A program made the translations under genes and the position numbers. Of a DNA stretch of 64,000 nucleotides, positions 39,198 through 48,928 are shown one piece after another. Under the pieces are notes generated by a model. The model saw only the letters and a program-made list of their open reading frames with translations, ran no database searches and had not been told where the DNA came from. Each line of letters opens with the position of its first letter. Positions within the stretch are counted from its first letter, which is position 1. This stretch comes from Pelagibacteraceae bacterium AG-422-B15 (GTDB lineage: Bacteria > Pseudomonadota > Alphaproteobacteria > Pelagibacterales > AG-422-B15). The DNA is taken from assembly GCA_003213715.1 (NCBI GenBank), contig QCMN01000002.1:10038-74037 (forward strand). Reading direction: 5' to 3'.

Positions 39198-40484
39198 TTA
39201 ATTTATTCCCAGCGATGACAAATTTAGAATACCTGACATATACATAACTTGAGCTTTTGTAATTTCACGGTCTTTTTGCTCTTGGAAGTACTTGATTTCT
39301 GAATTAAGCAGACTTTGTCTTGCTGTTAGTACATCAAGGACGCTTCTTTCTCCTACTTCTTCTTCTATAACAGTACCTTCATATGCAGTTTTATTAGCCA
39401 AAAAATTCAATTTAGCCGCTTCAACTGTTTCGTCAGTAATAAGATAGTTTTCCCAAATGTTCTCTGCCAGTGAAAGCGTTTCGTTTGTGGTTTTTTGTAT
39501 AAGAATTATTTGACTGTTTTTTTGTTTTTTTGCTTTTCTTATATTAGACAGAGATTTTCCTGATTTAAAAATTGGCCATGTGACTGTTGCTTGCAATTCT
39601 TCATTTGTAAGTTCATCTATAGTTGTAGAATACTCCTCAAGTTCTGTTTTTGATGCCGTAACATTAATTTGTGGGTACAGGGCTGATCTAGCTACCCCAA
39701 TATTTGCGTTGTAAACATCAAGCGTGGAGTTAACTATTCTTATTGTAAAATTATTTGAAATAACTAATTCTCTATACTTTTCATATGTATCAGGGATCTC
39801 TGAACGAATTTCAGAAAACGTTAAATTGTTTGGTTTAGTTCCAATTAAATTATAAAAGGAATTCATTGTATTTTTTAAATTTATTTTTGCATCGAGAAGA
39901 TTAATTTTTGAATTATTAAGAAAAGCATCTGATTGTGCGACATCAGTCTTAGAAGCTAATCCAACCTCAAACTCCTTGCTTGTTGCATTAAACCTCTCGC
40001 TCACCGAATTAAAGTTATCTTTATTTGATTGAACTATCTTTTGCGCAAGCAATACATTGTAGTAGGCGTCTATTGTTTCTAAAATTATGTCTTGCGTGAC
40101 TTTAGATTGTGTAAGATTTTGAATATGCAATTGTTCTTTTGTGGAGAGTGAACTATAAAATCGACTAAAACCACTAAATACATTTTGTGAAAGAACAATA
40201 GATTTACTGCTAGGGGATAACTCGTAACCATTTGTAGCACTTCCAGACTGACTCTTAATGTCGGAGTAATCATTTTCAGACATACTGCCACTTAGAGTTA
40301 TTGTTGGAAAGTAGTCTGTTGTTGATTGAAGATAATCTTCCTCAGCCATATCAACATTTATAGCTTCAATTTTGAGTGATAAATTATTGGATAGTGAGTC
40401 ATTGACCGCTTCCTTAAGACTCAAGGCCTTAACGGAAACATTTAATAATAAGAAAACCAGTACAATGTGTATTATGTATTTCAT
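39198..40484 (-). CDS. TolC-family outer-membrane efflux channel
   Basis: Signal peptide and two OEP-type repeats. First gene of the efflux string. AAGGA Shine-Dalgarno 6 nt upstream. Confidence 0.8.
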   Translation of the reverse strand: MKYIIHIVLVFLLLNVSVKALSLKEAVNDSLSNNLSLKIEAINVDMAEEDYLQSTTDYFPTITLSGSMSENDYSDIKSQSGSATNGYELSPSSKSIVLSQNVFSGFSRFYSSLSTKEQLHIQNLTQSKVTQDIILETIDAYYNVLLAQKIVQSNKDNFNSVSERFNATSKEFEVGLASKTDVAQSDAFLNNSKINLLDAKINLKNTMNSFYNLIGTKPNNLTFSEIRSEIPDTYEKYRELVISNNFTIRIVNSTLDVYNANIGVARSALYPQINVTASKTELEEYSTTIDELTNEELQATVTWPIFKSGKSLSNIRKAKKQKNSQIILIQKTTNETLSLAENIWENYLITDETVEAAKLNFLANKTAYEGTVIEEEVGERSVLDVLTARQSLLNSEIKYFQEQKDREITKAQVMYMSGILNLSSLGIN

Positions 40485-40510
40485 CTATATCCTTAAAAAA
40501 AGAGCGTATA

Positions 40511-40527
40511 TATATCAGAATGATATA
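40511..40527. promoter_or_regulatory. Palindromic operator candidate 1, TATATCA-gaa-TGATATA (extends to an 11-bp perfect inverted repeat, 40507-40531)
   Basis: A perfect inverted repeat read directly from the sequence, 23-47 nt upstream of the tolC start codon. Confidence 0.5.
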
Positions 40528-40540
40528 TATAATCAATACC

Positions 40541-40557
40541 TATATCAATTTGATATA
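40541..40557. promoter_or_regulatory. Palindromic operator candidate 2, TATATCA-att-TGATATA (extends to 40540-40558)
   Basis: Same 7-N3-7 half-sites as candidate 1. The centres are exactly 30 bp apart. Confidence 0.5.
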
Positions 40558-40622
40558 GTTTAAATCTTTGAGTTATCAAATAGGTTTTTTTCAGCTATAA
40601 ATGATTGAAAAATAACAATTTT

Positions 40623-41258
40623 ATGAAAATCAAGAATAAGTCCTTTTCAGATAAGAGTAAAAAATGGCTCAAAAGGCATTTAGAAGATGAGTATGTAATA
40701 AAGTCCTCTAAAGATAATTTTAGATCTCGAGCGGCCTATAAATTAATTGAAATTATTGAAAAATTTAGACTTCTTGATGGCTTAGAAAAAGCTTTAGACA
40801 TTGGATCTGCCCCTGGCAGTTGGAGTGAGGTTCTAAAATCTCGTGGCAAAAATCTTAAAAAGATAGTGGCTTTAGATCTATTGGATATGAACCCCATAAG
40901 GAATGTGGATGTATATAAAGTCGATTTCTTGTCTGATAAATGCTCAAAAATATTAGCCAAATATGACAAATTTGATCTTATAGTGTCTGATATATCTCCA
41001 AATTTATCTGGTAATAGATCATCAGATTTTTTGCTTTCGCTTGAATTATTAGAGAATGTAGTTGATTTTGCCTTAAAAGAATTGAAACCAGGCGGAAATA
41101 TGGTTTCAAAATATTTTAGATCAGGTGATATTTCAGAAGTTATATTAACTTGTAAAAAACATTTTAAAAAAGTCACTTCCTTCAAGCCTAAGTCAAGCCG
41201 CAAAGAATCGAGTGAGATATACTTGGTTTGTCTTGAAAAAAAGTCACCTATTGATTGA
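40623..41258 (+). CDS. rlmE: 23S rRNA (uridine-2'-O)-methyltransferase RlmE/FtsJ
   Basis: KKWLKRHLEDEYV, SRAAYKLIEI and DIGSAPGSWS (the SAM motif). The ATG at 40623 gives an N-terminus of E. coli-like length. The ORF track's TTG at 40605 is possible. Confidence 0.85.
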   Translation: MKIKNKSFSDKSKKWLKRHLEDEYVIKSSKDNFRSRAAYKLIEIIEKFRLLDGLEKALDIGSAPGSWSEVLKSRGKNLKKIVALDLLDMNPIRNVDVYKVDFLSDKCSKILAKYDKFDLIVSDISPNLSGNRSSDFLLSLELLENVVDFALKELKPGGNMVSKYFRSGDISEVILTCKKHFKKVTSFKPKSSRKESSEIYLVCLEKKSPID

Positions 41259-41289
41259 CATAAATTAATAAATAATTTATTCCTCAGAG

Positions 41290-42756
41290 ATGGAGCACTC
41301 CAGTATTAAAAAATCTCTCTCATTTGATGACGTTCTTATTAAACCTGCGCGATCATCTGTGCTTCCTTCAGAAGTAAGCACTTTTACAAAAATTACATCT
41401 AATATTTCATTGGGTGTTCCTCTTATATCTTCCGCAATGGATACGGTAACTGAATACAAGTTAGCTATTGCAATCGCCCAGTCTGGTGGAATGGGGATAC
41501 TACATAAAAATATGTCCATAGACGAACAGTCACAGAATGTTTCAAAAGTAAAAAAATTTGAAACCGGAATGGTAATTGATCCACTAACGATACTACCATC
41601 GGCAACGTTAGCTGACGCTCTAGAATTAATGAAAGTCAATGAGATTTCAGGCATACCTGTTGTTGATGAAGGTGACAAATTATTAGGTATTTTAACAAAT
41701 AGAGACGTACGATTCGCAACCAATATGTCTCAAAAAATAAGTGAATTAATGACTAGTGAAAATTTGGTCACTGTCAAAGATGGAATTTCAACAGATGATG
41801 CCCAAAAATTACTACACAAGCATAGAATTGAAAAATTATTAGTTGTCGATGATAAGGGCAAATGTATTGGTTTAATTACTGTAAAAGATATAGAAAAAAG
41901 TCAGCTTCATCCAAATGCTTCGAAAGATCAAAAAGGCAGGCTGATAGTTGGAGCAGCAATCGGAGTTGGTGAAGAATCAATTCATAGAGCAGAACAGCTT
42001 GTTGATGCTGGCGTAGATGTTCTTGTCATTGACACTGCACACGGTCATTCAGAAAAAGTTATCAGCACCTTAAAAGAAATAAAATCAAAATTCTCAACAG
42101 AGGTAATTGTTGGAAATGTTGCCACAAACGAAGCCACCGAAGAACTTATTGATCAAGGAGCTGATTGTGTAAAAGTTGGAATAGGTCCGGGATCAATATG
42201 TACCACTAGAGTGGTAGCTGGAATTGGTGTACCCCAATTTTCAGCAATTTTAGACTGTGCTGAAACTGCAGCAAAAAAAGGAGTGCCAATAATTGCGGAT
42301 GGTGGAATTAAATATTCTGGTGATATAGCAAAAGCCTTAGGCGCAGGAGCAAGCGGAGTTATGATCGGCTCACTCTTTGCTGGAACTGACGAGTCTCCAG
42401 GGGAGGTATATTTATTCAAGGGAAGAAGCTATAAATCATACAGAGGAATGGGATCGCTTGGCGCTATGGCCAGGGGATCAGCAGATAGGTATTTTCAAGA
42501 AGAAATAACTGAGAGCAATAAGCATGTTCCTGAGGGAATCGAAGGAAGAGTTCCTTACAAAGGACCTATATCGCCAATTATATATCAGCTTGTTGGAGGC
42601 TTAAAGGCTTCTATGGGATACACTGGTTCAAAAGATATAGTAGAATTTAAAAAGAATGTTAAGTTTGTAGAAATTACTGGAGCAGGTCTTAAAGAAAGTC
42701 ATGTACATGATGTCGATATCACAAGAGAGTCACCAAATTATCCGACAAACATATAA
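41290..42756 (+). CDS. guaB: IMP dehydrogenase
   Basis: Tandem CBS insertion and the catalytic loop [11 protein letters not shown]. Confidence 0.95.
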   Translation: MEHSSIKKSLSFDDVLIKPARSSVLPSEVSTFTKITSNISLGVPLISSAMDTVTEYKLAIAIAQSGGMGILHKNMSIDEQSQNVSKVKKFETGMVIDPLTILPSATLADALELMKVNEISGIPVVDEGDKLLGILTNRDVRFATNMSQKISELMTSENLVTVKDGISTDDAQKLLHKHRIEKLLVVDDKGKCIGLITVKDIEKSQLHPNASKDQKGRLIVGAAIGVGEESIHRAEQLVDAGVDVLVIDTAHGHSEKVISTLKEIKSKFSTEVIVGNVATNEATEELIDQGADCVKVGIGPGSICTTRVVAGIGVPQFSAILDCAETAAKKGVPIIADGGIKYSGDIAKALGAGASGVMIGSLFAGTDESPGEVYLFKGRSYKSYRGMGSLGAMARGSADRYFQEEITESNKHVPEGIEGRVPYKGPISPIIYQLVGGLKASMGYTGSKDIVEFKKNVKFVEITGAGLKESHVHDVDITRESPNYPTNI

Positions 42757-42763
42757 ACGTTTA

Positions 42764-43162
42764 ATGAAAGTACTATTGGTAATAACCATTTGTATTTTGC
42801 CAACAAGTATATTTGCCTCAAATAGTTTTTATGCATCGGCGCTGAATGTTTTCAATGAAGAAAATTTTGAAAAGGCAATAAAATATTTGGAAAAAGATAT
42901 TGTTTTTAATCCCAAATCATCTGAGTCATATATTTTATTAGGTAAATCATATGAAGGCTTAGAAGATCAGGACAATGCACTTAAATATTATGAAATTGCC
43001 TTTACGCTTATTCCACATAATCTTGAGCTTAATTTTTTAATAGGAAAAGTATCTTATGAATTAGGTCTAATTGAGCAATACGCTGAGCAAATATCTAATC
43101 TTGAAATATTATGCGAAACTTCATGCGAAGAAATCGTCAAATTAAAAGATTTGGCGGAATAA
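42764..43162 (+). CDS. Small secreted TPR-repeat protein
   Basis: The ATG at 42764 (MKVLLVITICILP..., a signal peptide) avoids the overlap with guaB implied by the 42701 track start. TPR-like A/Y/L periodicity. Confidence 0.5.
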   Translation: MKVLLVITICILPTSIFASNSFYASALNVFNEENFEKAIKYLEKDIVFNPKSSESYILLGKSYEGLEDQDNALKYYEIAFTLIPHNLELNFLIGKVSYELGLIEQYAEQISNLEILCETSCEEIVKLKDLAE

Positions 43163-43165
43163 ATA

Positions 43166-44704
43166 ATGATATTTATTGTTGATTTTGGATCTCAAGTTAC
43201 TCAGTTAATAGCAAGAAGAGTAAGAGAAGCTGAAGTTTATTGTGAAATTGTGTCAAGCAAATCACTTTATAATCAAATAATAAATAGAGGTTGTTCGGGG
43301 ATAATTTTCTCAGGGGGTCCAGCAAGTGTTCATAAGTCAAATACTCCAAAAATTGATAAAAGAATATTCAATTTAAATATTCCAATATTGGGAATTTGCT
43401 ATGGTATGCAATTATTATGTTACCAACTTGGTGGGAAAGTAAAAATTTCAAAAAAAAGAGAATTTGGTAAAACACTTATAAAGCCATCAAAAAAAAGTGT
43501 TTTATTCTCAGGATTTAGAAAAGGAAAGAGCTCGAATTATGTCTGGATGAGCCATGGCGATAAGGTTATTAGTCTACCAAGAGATTTTAAAAGTATTGCA
43601 TCAAGTTCAAATACTAAGTTTGCAGCAGTCGAGAATAAAAAAAAATCTTATTACGGTCTACAATTTCATCCTGAAGTTGTGCATACACCCAATGGCCATA
43701 AGATCATCGAAAATTTTATATTTAAAATTTGTAAGATAAAAAGAAACTGGAGTATGAAAAATCATTTAAGAAATCAGATTACTGAGATTAAACATTCAGT
43801 TCATAAGGATCAGGTAATTTGTGGATTGTCAGGTGGGGTGGATAGTACTGTTACTGCAGCTATAATTTCAAAAGCCATAAATAAGCAATTAACATGTATT
43901 TATGTTGATACAGGTTTAATGAGACTGAATGAAACAAAAGAGGTATTAAAAATGTTTAAAAAACATTTTAAATCTCGATTAATAGTCAAAGATTCAAGAA
44001 ATACATTTATAAAAGCCCTAAAGGGTGCCACAGATCCAGAAAAAAAGAGAAAAATAATAGGTAATCTTTTTATTAAAATATTTAACCAAGAGGCAAACAA
44101 AATAAAACGTGCCAAATATTTAGCTCAAGGAACTATTTATCCTGATGTAATCGAAAGTCAGAGCTTCCATGGTGGTCCCACATCAGTTATTAAATCTCAT
44201 CATAATGTCGGCGGTTTACCAAAAAGAATGAAACTTAGACTTGTTGAACCTTTAAGAGAACTTTTTAAGGATGAAGTTAGAAAATTGGGGCTGGAGATGA
44301 GACTCCCAAAAAAATTCATTAACAGACATCCATTTCCAGGCCCCGGATTGGGAATAAGAATATTAGGTGAGGTAACAGCAGCTAGAGTAAAAATTTTACA
44401 AGAAGCCGATAATATATATATCGAAGAAATTAAAGAAGCAGGTTTATACGATAGAATTTGGCAAGCATTTGCAGTCCTGATGCCAATTAAAACTGTTGGT
44501 GTTATGGGTGATCATAGAACATATGAACAAGTCTGTGGATTAAGAGCTGTTACGTCTGTTGATGGAATGACTGCAGATTTTTATCCTTTTAAAGGTGAAT
44601 TTTTGAGTAAAGTTTCAACAAGAATAATAAATGAGGTTAAGGGCATAAATAGAGTGGTATATGATACTACTTCAAAACCACCTGGAACTATTGAGTGGGA
44701 GTAA
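43166..44704 (+). CDS. guaA: GMP synthase (glutamine-hydrolysing)
   Basis: GATase GICYGMQ, ATP-PPase P-loop LSGGVDSTV and C-terminal PPGTIEWE. Confidence 0.95.
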   Translation: MIFIVDFGSQVTQLIARRVREAEVYCEIVSSKSLYNQIINRGCSGIIFSGGPASVHKSNTPKIDKRIFNLNIPILGICYGMQLLCYQLGGKVKISKKREFGKTLIKPSKKSVLFSGFRKGKSSNYVWMSHGDKVISLPRDFKSIASSSNTKFAAVENKKKSYYGLQFHPEVVHTPNGHKIIENFIFKICKIKRNWSMKNHLRNQITEIKHSVHKDQVICGLSGGVDSTVTAAIISKAINKQLTCIYVDTGLMRLNETKEVLKMFKKHFKSRLIVKDSRNTFIKALKGATDPEKKRKIIGNLFIKIFNQEANKIKRAKYLAQGTIYPDVIESQSFHGGPTSVIKSHHNVGGLPKRMKLRLVEPLRELFKDEVRKLGLEMRLPKKFINRHPFPGPGLGIRILGEVTAARVKILQEADNIYIEEIKEAGLYDRIWQAFAVLMPIKTVGVMGDHRTYEQVCGLRAVTSVDGMTADFYPFKGEFLSKVSTRIINEVKGINRVVYDTTSKPPGTIEWE

Positions 44705-44707
44705 TTT

Positions 44708-45862
44708 ATGAAGGTCCTAGCATTAGGTGGAAGTGGCGGCATGGGAAGATATGCAGTTCAATACTTGCACAACATAAAACAGATTGAAAAGATTTATGTA
44801 GCAGACATTAATTCTTTATCGGCAAAAAAGTTTGCTTCACATTTTGATAATAGAGTTGAAGGTTTAAAATTAGATATCAGAGACTTGGAAACCCTGAAAT
44901 CGGAAATGTCAAAAGTTGATATTGTAGTCAATACGACCGGCCCATTCTTTTTATTTGCAGAACCCATACTCAAAGCTGCAATTCAAACTAATACTCACTA
45001 CTTTGATATCTGCGATGATTGGGAGCCAACCGAAAAGATGCTTCAAATGAATGGAGATGCAAAAAAGGCAAATATCACAGCTATTATAGGTCTTGGAGCA
45101 AGTCCAGGACTAACAAATATATTGGCTCATATAGCAATATCTGAACTTGATGAAGTTAGAAAAGTTTATACAGGCTGGGATATGTCTGCCACAAAACCAG
45201 AAAGTGAGTCATCTCAATCGGGAGTTAGTGCTGCAATGGTGCATGGTATAGAGCAAATGATTGGAGAGGTAAAAATTTTTAAAAATGGAAATTTTGAAAT
45301 GGTAAAACCTCTTGAAGAAATCAAGATTGATTATCCTGATATTGGGAAAAGAAGCACATATATTTTTGGACACCCTGAGGCCATAACATTTCCGAACAAT
45401 TACCAGGATATTAAAGAGTCTTATAATTTAATGCATGGTATTGAGAGTAGTTTTATAGCAATCTTAAAAACTATTAGATTTTTAATAAATATGAAAATTA
45501 TAACCAAAAATTTTGCTGCAAGAATTTTGACGTGGCTTGAAAGTCTAAATGGTCCGGATATGGTAGATTATAAAAAAGAAAATCTTCCTAGCATTTATGG
45601 TTACGCAGAAGGTTTAAAAGGAAATAAATTTATATCAATTGGAGTTACAATTGATGGTGATATTAATAGTTTTTCTATGGGTAAAGCAACCTCACTGCCT
45701 TTAACAGTTGGTGTCCAAATGTTTATTGATGGTAAAATTAATAAAAATGGAGTTCATACTCCAGAGTCGCCAATTATCGACCCAAAAATTTTTTTTGATT
45801 ACTTTAAAAAAGGAGCGGGTGATAATTTTATATTAAATACTATAATTACAAAAAGAACTTAA
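44708..45862 (+). CDS. Saccharopine dehydrogenase-like NAD(P)-binding protein
   Basis: MKVLALGGSGGMGRYAV Rossmann N-terminus and IGLGASPGLTN. 384 aa. Confidence 0.55.
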   Translation: MKVLALGGSGGMGRYAVQYLHNIKQIEKIYVADINSLSAKKFASHFDNRVEGLKLDIRDLETLKSEMSKVDIVVNTTGPFFLFAEPILKAAIQTNTHYFDICDDWEPTEKMLQMNGDAKKANITAIIGLGASPGLTNILAHIAISELDEVRKVYTGWDMSATKPESESSQSGVSAAMVHGIEQMIGEVKIFKNGNFEMVKPLEEIKIDYPDIGKRSTYIFGHPEAITFPNNYQDIKESYNLMHGIESSFIAILKTIRFLINMKIITKNFAARILTWLESLNGPDMVDYKKENLPSIYGYAEGLKGNKFISIGVTIDGDINSFSMGKATSLPLTVGVQMFIDGKINKNGVHTPESPIIDPKIFFDYFKKGAGDNFILNTIITKRT

Positions 45863-45898
45863 TTAAATAGAATTGAAGGTAATAATGAGAGTAAAAAC

Positions 45899-46741
45899 AT
45901 GATTAAGTCTTTAGATCACTTAATTATAGCTGTGAACAATCTTGAGGAAGCAGAGCAAAATTACCAAAAAATATTAGGCATAAACCCATCATGGAGAGGT
46001 CATCATAAAGAGTGGGGAACCTCAAATTCATTATTCAATTTACAAAATACATATTTAGAACTTTTGGCTGCAACTGGAGATGGAGTAGGTGCACAGCTTG
46101 TTAAAAATAAAATTAAAAATGATGGTGAGGGCTTGATGGGAATAGTTTTAGGAACTGATGATTTGGAAGCCGTAAGAAATAAACTAATTGCTCTTGGTTA
46201 CTCACTTCCAAGTCAATCGAATGGTGAAGGAATAAATACCAATAATAATTCTAAGAGATCATGGGTTAATCAGTTTTTACCTGTTGAATTAACTCGTGGT
46301 TTATTTTCATTTATTATTCAACATAAAGAAGGATATTTGCTTGAAGCAATGAAGTTTTCAGATAATGCAATAAAGAAACTGGATCATGTTGTAATAAAAA
46401 CTAATGATGCAGATAGTTTTATAGAAATATACAATAAGATTTTTAAAATAAGGCTTGCTTTAGATAAATTTATTGAAACTTGGAAGAGAAGAATACTTTT
46501 TTTTAAATTAAACAAAACCATAATTGAAGTAATTGAAGAAAAAGATAAAAACGAAACTCCCAAAGATAAATTGTGGGGGCTTGCATGGGAGGTAGAGGAT
46601 ATAGTTAAAAAAAAAGACGAATTGGTAGCATCTGGCATAAATATATCTGAAATCAAAAAAGGTGTAAAAGAGAATACTTTAGTTATGACCGTCAAATGTC
46701 ATACTCATAATGTACCAACACTATTTATTCAACACGTTTAG
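45899..46741 (+). CDS. VOC/glyoxalase-like two-domain protein
   Basis: The LDHLIIAVNNLEEAE start is repeated as LDHVVIKTNDADSF in the second half, which suggests tandem glyoxalase-like modules. Confidence 0.5.
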   Translation: MIKSLDHLIIAVNNLEEAEQNYQKILGINPSWRGHHKEWGTSNSLFNLQNTYLELLAATGDGVGAQLVKNKIKNDGEGLMGIVLGTDDLEAVRNKLIALGYSLPSQSNGEGINTNNNSKRSWVNQFLPVELTRGLFSFIIQHKEGYLLEAMKFSDNAIKKLDHVVIKTNDADSFIEIYNKIFKIRLALDKFIETWKRRILFFKLNKTIIEVIEEKDKNETPKDKLWGLAWEVEDIVKKKDELVASGINISEIKKGVKENTLVMTVKCHTHNVPTLFIQHV

Positions 46742-46852
46742 CACATGCCTGAGAAATTATTCTGATCTAAATAATAATTTACCTTTTAAGACTGACACTA
46801 AAATGATAGGTGTAAATGAACCTAAAGAGTAAACTGAATATAAAATAATTAA

Positions 46853-47374
46853 TTGATGAATAACTTATTTGTAAGAATATTAAATTTTTTTAAATCAATA
46901 TTTAAATTTAATCTAACTGATTTCAGTTGGATTAAGACATCTAAATTTATTGAATTAGATAATATTGATGTATCTGAAGATCCTGTAAGACCTGAACTTG
47001 ATGTAAAATGGAGAACCTCACATGATAGAAAAATTTATGGTCTGGAATACAATAATCAAATTGAGGGTATCATGTGTTTGGCGTTTACTAAGGACGTTCC
47101 TCATTCAGTAAGAGAGTTAGATTTGATGAGTCGCTTGGCCGTTTATGAGCAAAATGCAGATACAATTATTGCTTACACTGTATGGTCTCGTAAAAAAGGA
47201 GCTGGAAGAAAAATTATGGAAGAGGCTTTGAAATTTGGTAAGGAAATGGGATACAAAAGAATAGTTACACTTTCTCCATTAACGCCTATGGCAACGCACT
47301 ACCATATAAGAAATGGAGCTAAATTATTGGGGCACAATCCAACAACTCAAAATTTTGAATATAAGATTCAATAA
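46853..47374 (+). CDS. Hypothetical protein, possibly GNAT-like fold
   Basis: RKKGAGRKIMEEALKFGKEMGY resembles an acyl-CoA-binding R/Q-x-x-G-x-G/A segment. I recognise nothing else. TTG start at 46853 or ATG at 46856. Confidence 0.35.
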   Translation: MMNNLFVRILNFFKSIFKFNLTDFSWIKTSKFIELDNIDVSEDPVRPELDVKWRTSHDRKIYGLEYNNQIEGIMCLAFTKDVPHSVRELDLMSRLAVYEQNADTIIAYTVWSRKKGAGRKIMEEALKFGKEMGYKRIVTLSPLTPMATHYHIRNGAKLLGHNPTTQNFEYKIQ

Positions 47375-47421
47375 ATTCGGTTGGTATGGAAAGTCTAATT
47401 ATTTAGACTATATTTTAGTTT

Positions 47422-48852
47422 ATGCCCAAAAAAGATATTAATATTTTCTGGTTCAGACAAGATTTGCGTCTATTAGACAATCCAGGATTATATAATTCGA
47501 TTAAAAATGGGACAACGTTGCCAATTTTTATATTTGATGATGAAAACTCGAAAGAACATATAAATGGTTCTGCTAGTAAATGGTGGCTTCACCATTCATT
47601 AATTGCTCTAAAACAATCTTTAGATAACAATTTGAGTTTATACAGAGGTGATCCAAAGAACATCTTAATTAAACTTTCTGAAACTTATAATGTTAAAGAG
47701 ATATTTTGGAATAGATGTTATGAACCGTGGCGAATAAAAAGAGACAAAAAAATCAAAAGTTTTTTTGATGACAAAGAAATAAGCGTGAACACATACAATG
47801 GATCTCTTCTTTGGGAACCTTGGAATGTGGTCAAAAATGATGGTACTCCATATAAGGTATTTACTCCTTACTACAGAAAAGGTTGTTTGAATTCTGAAAT
47901 GCCAAGAACACCAATACAAAAACCTAAGTTAGACAATTTACTGTTTGATAAGATGAACAGTATTAGTATAGATGATCTGGAACTAATGCCAGGACACAGT
48001 TGGCATGTTGCGATGGAAAAACTATGGACTCCAGGAGAGAAAGGCGCCCATAATAAAATTGATGTCTTTATAAAAGAAGGCCTTGCTAACTATAAAGATG
48101 GTAGGAATTTTCCATCTGGAAACAACGTTTCGCAACTTTCACCTCATTTACATTTTGGAGAGGTGTCACCAAACCAAGTTTGGTATCGATCAAAAACCCA
48201 AGAAGGAAAAAAAGAAATTAAAAGAGATTTGGATCATTTTTTAAGCGAACTTGGATGGAGGGAGTTTTCTTTCAATCTTTTGTATCACTTCCCAACTTTA
48301 CCAAAAGAAAATCTTCAAAAGAAATTTGATAAATTTCCTTGGGACAAAAATAAAGATGCATTAAAGAAATGGCAAAAAGGACTAACAGGGTATCCAATAG
48401 TAGACGCTGGTATGAGGGAACTGTGGCAGACAGGGTATATGCATAATCGTTTGAGAATGGTTGTAGGTTCATTTTTAGTCAAAAATTTATTGTTGCATTG
48501 GCACCACGGCGAAAGATGGTTCTGGGATTGTTTAGTTGATGCCGATCTTGCTAATAATAGTGCAGGATGGCAATGGATTGCTGGCTCAGGAGCGGATGCA
48601 GCTCCATATTTTAGAATCTTCAATCCAGTTATGCAGGGTCAAAAATTTGATCCAGATGGCAGATATACAAAAAAATATATTCCTGAACTTAAGGATATGC
48701 CAAATAAGTATTTATTTAATCCTTGGGAGGCACCTAAAGATGTCTTAGATTCGGCAAATGTTAAACTTGGTAAAGATTATCCAATGCCAATTGTCGAGAT
48801 TGGTTCCTCTAGACAAAAAGCTTTGGAAGCGTTCGCTACTACTAAAAGTTAA
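47422..48852 (+). CDS. phr: Deoxyribodipyrimidine photolyase (class I CPD type)/cryptochrome family
   Basis: WFRQDLRLLDNPGL, WREFSFNLLYHFP, TGYPIVDAGMREL and WQWIAGSGADAAPYFRIFNP. Confidence 0.9.
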   Translation: MPKKDINIFWFRQDLRLLDNPGLYNSIKNGTTLPIFIFDDENSKEHINGSASKWWLHHSLIALKQSLDNNLSLYRGDPKNILIKLSETYNVKEIFWNRCYEPWRIKRDKKIKSFFDDKEISVNTYNGSLLWEPWNVVKNDGTPYKVFTPYYRKGCLNSEMPRTPIQKPKLDNLLFDKMNSISIDDLELMPGHSWHVAMEKLWTPGEKGAHNKIDVFIKEGLANYKDGRNFPSGNNVSQLSPHLHFGEVSPNQVWYRSKTQEGKKEIKRDLDHFLSELGWREFSFNLLYHFPTLPKENLQKKFDKFPWDKNKDALKKWQKGLTGYPIVDAGMRELWQTGYMHNRLRMVVGSFLVKNLLLHWHHGERWFWDCLVDADLANNSAGWQWIAGSGADAAPYFRIFNPVMQGQKFDPDGRYTKKYIPELKDMPNKYLFNPWEAPKDVLDSANVKLGKDYPMPIVEIGSSRQKALEAFATTKS

Positions 48853-48928
48853 TTATTAAATCAATTTTTATAAATCGATCTAAGCAAAGTTTTTGCCACA
48901 AAATTATAATAATGTATAGTCTGTACTT

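Noticed and set aside
41277-41723. Long antisense or alternative-frame ORFs in the track. Examples: 41277-41723 (148 aa, inside guaB), 40736-41203 (155 aa, inside rlmE), 32892-33284, 34146-34469, 38282-38623, 56196-56612, 4607-4969, 16126-16311 and many of 60-100 aa.
   Set aside because: Each is fully embedded in a confidently identified gene on the other strand or frame. They have low-complexity, S/I/F-rich composition typical of antisense AT-rich coding DNA, and none shows a recognisable motif.
42701-42763. The extended N-terminus (start 42701) of the TPR ORF, and similarly the 60446 start of rplI.
   Set aside because: Both extensions lie inside the neighbouring genes (guaB and rpsR respectively). 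The internal ATGs (42764 and 60416) give a signal peptide and the canonical L9 N-terminus (MQIILL...) respectively.
48880-48892. Small hairpins after the photolyase gene (GCAAA-gtt-TTTGC, 48880-48892) and after the cupin gene (around 50000-50020), considered as possible terminators.
   Set aside because: The stems are at most 5 bp with no convincing T-tract. They are not distinguishable from background in this composition.
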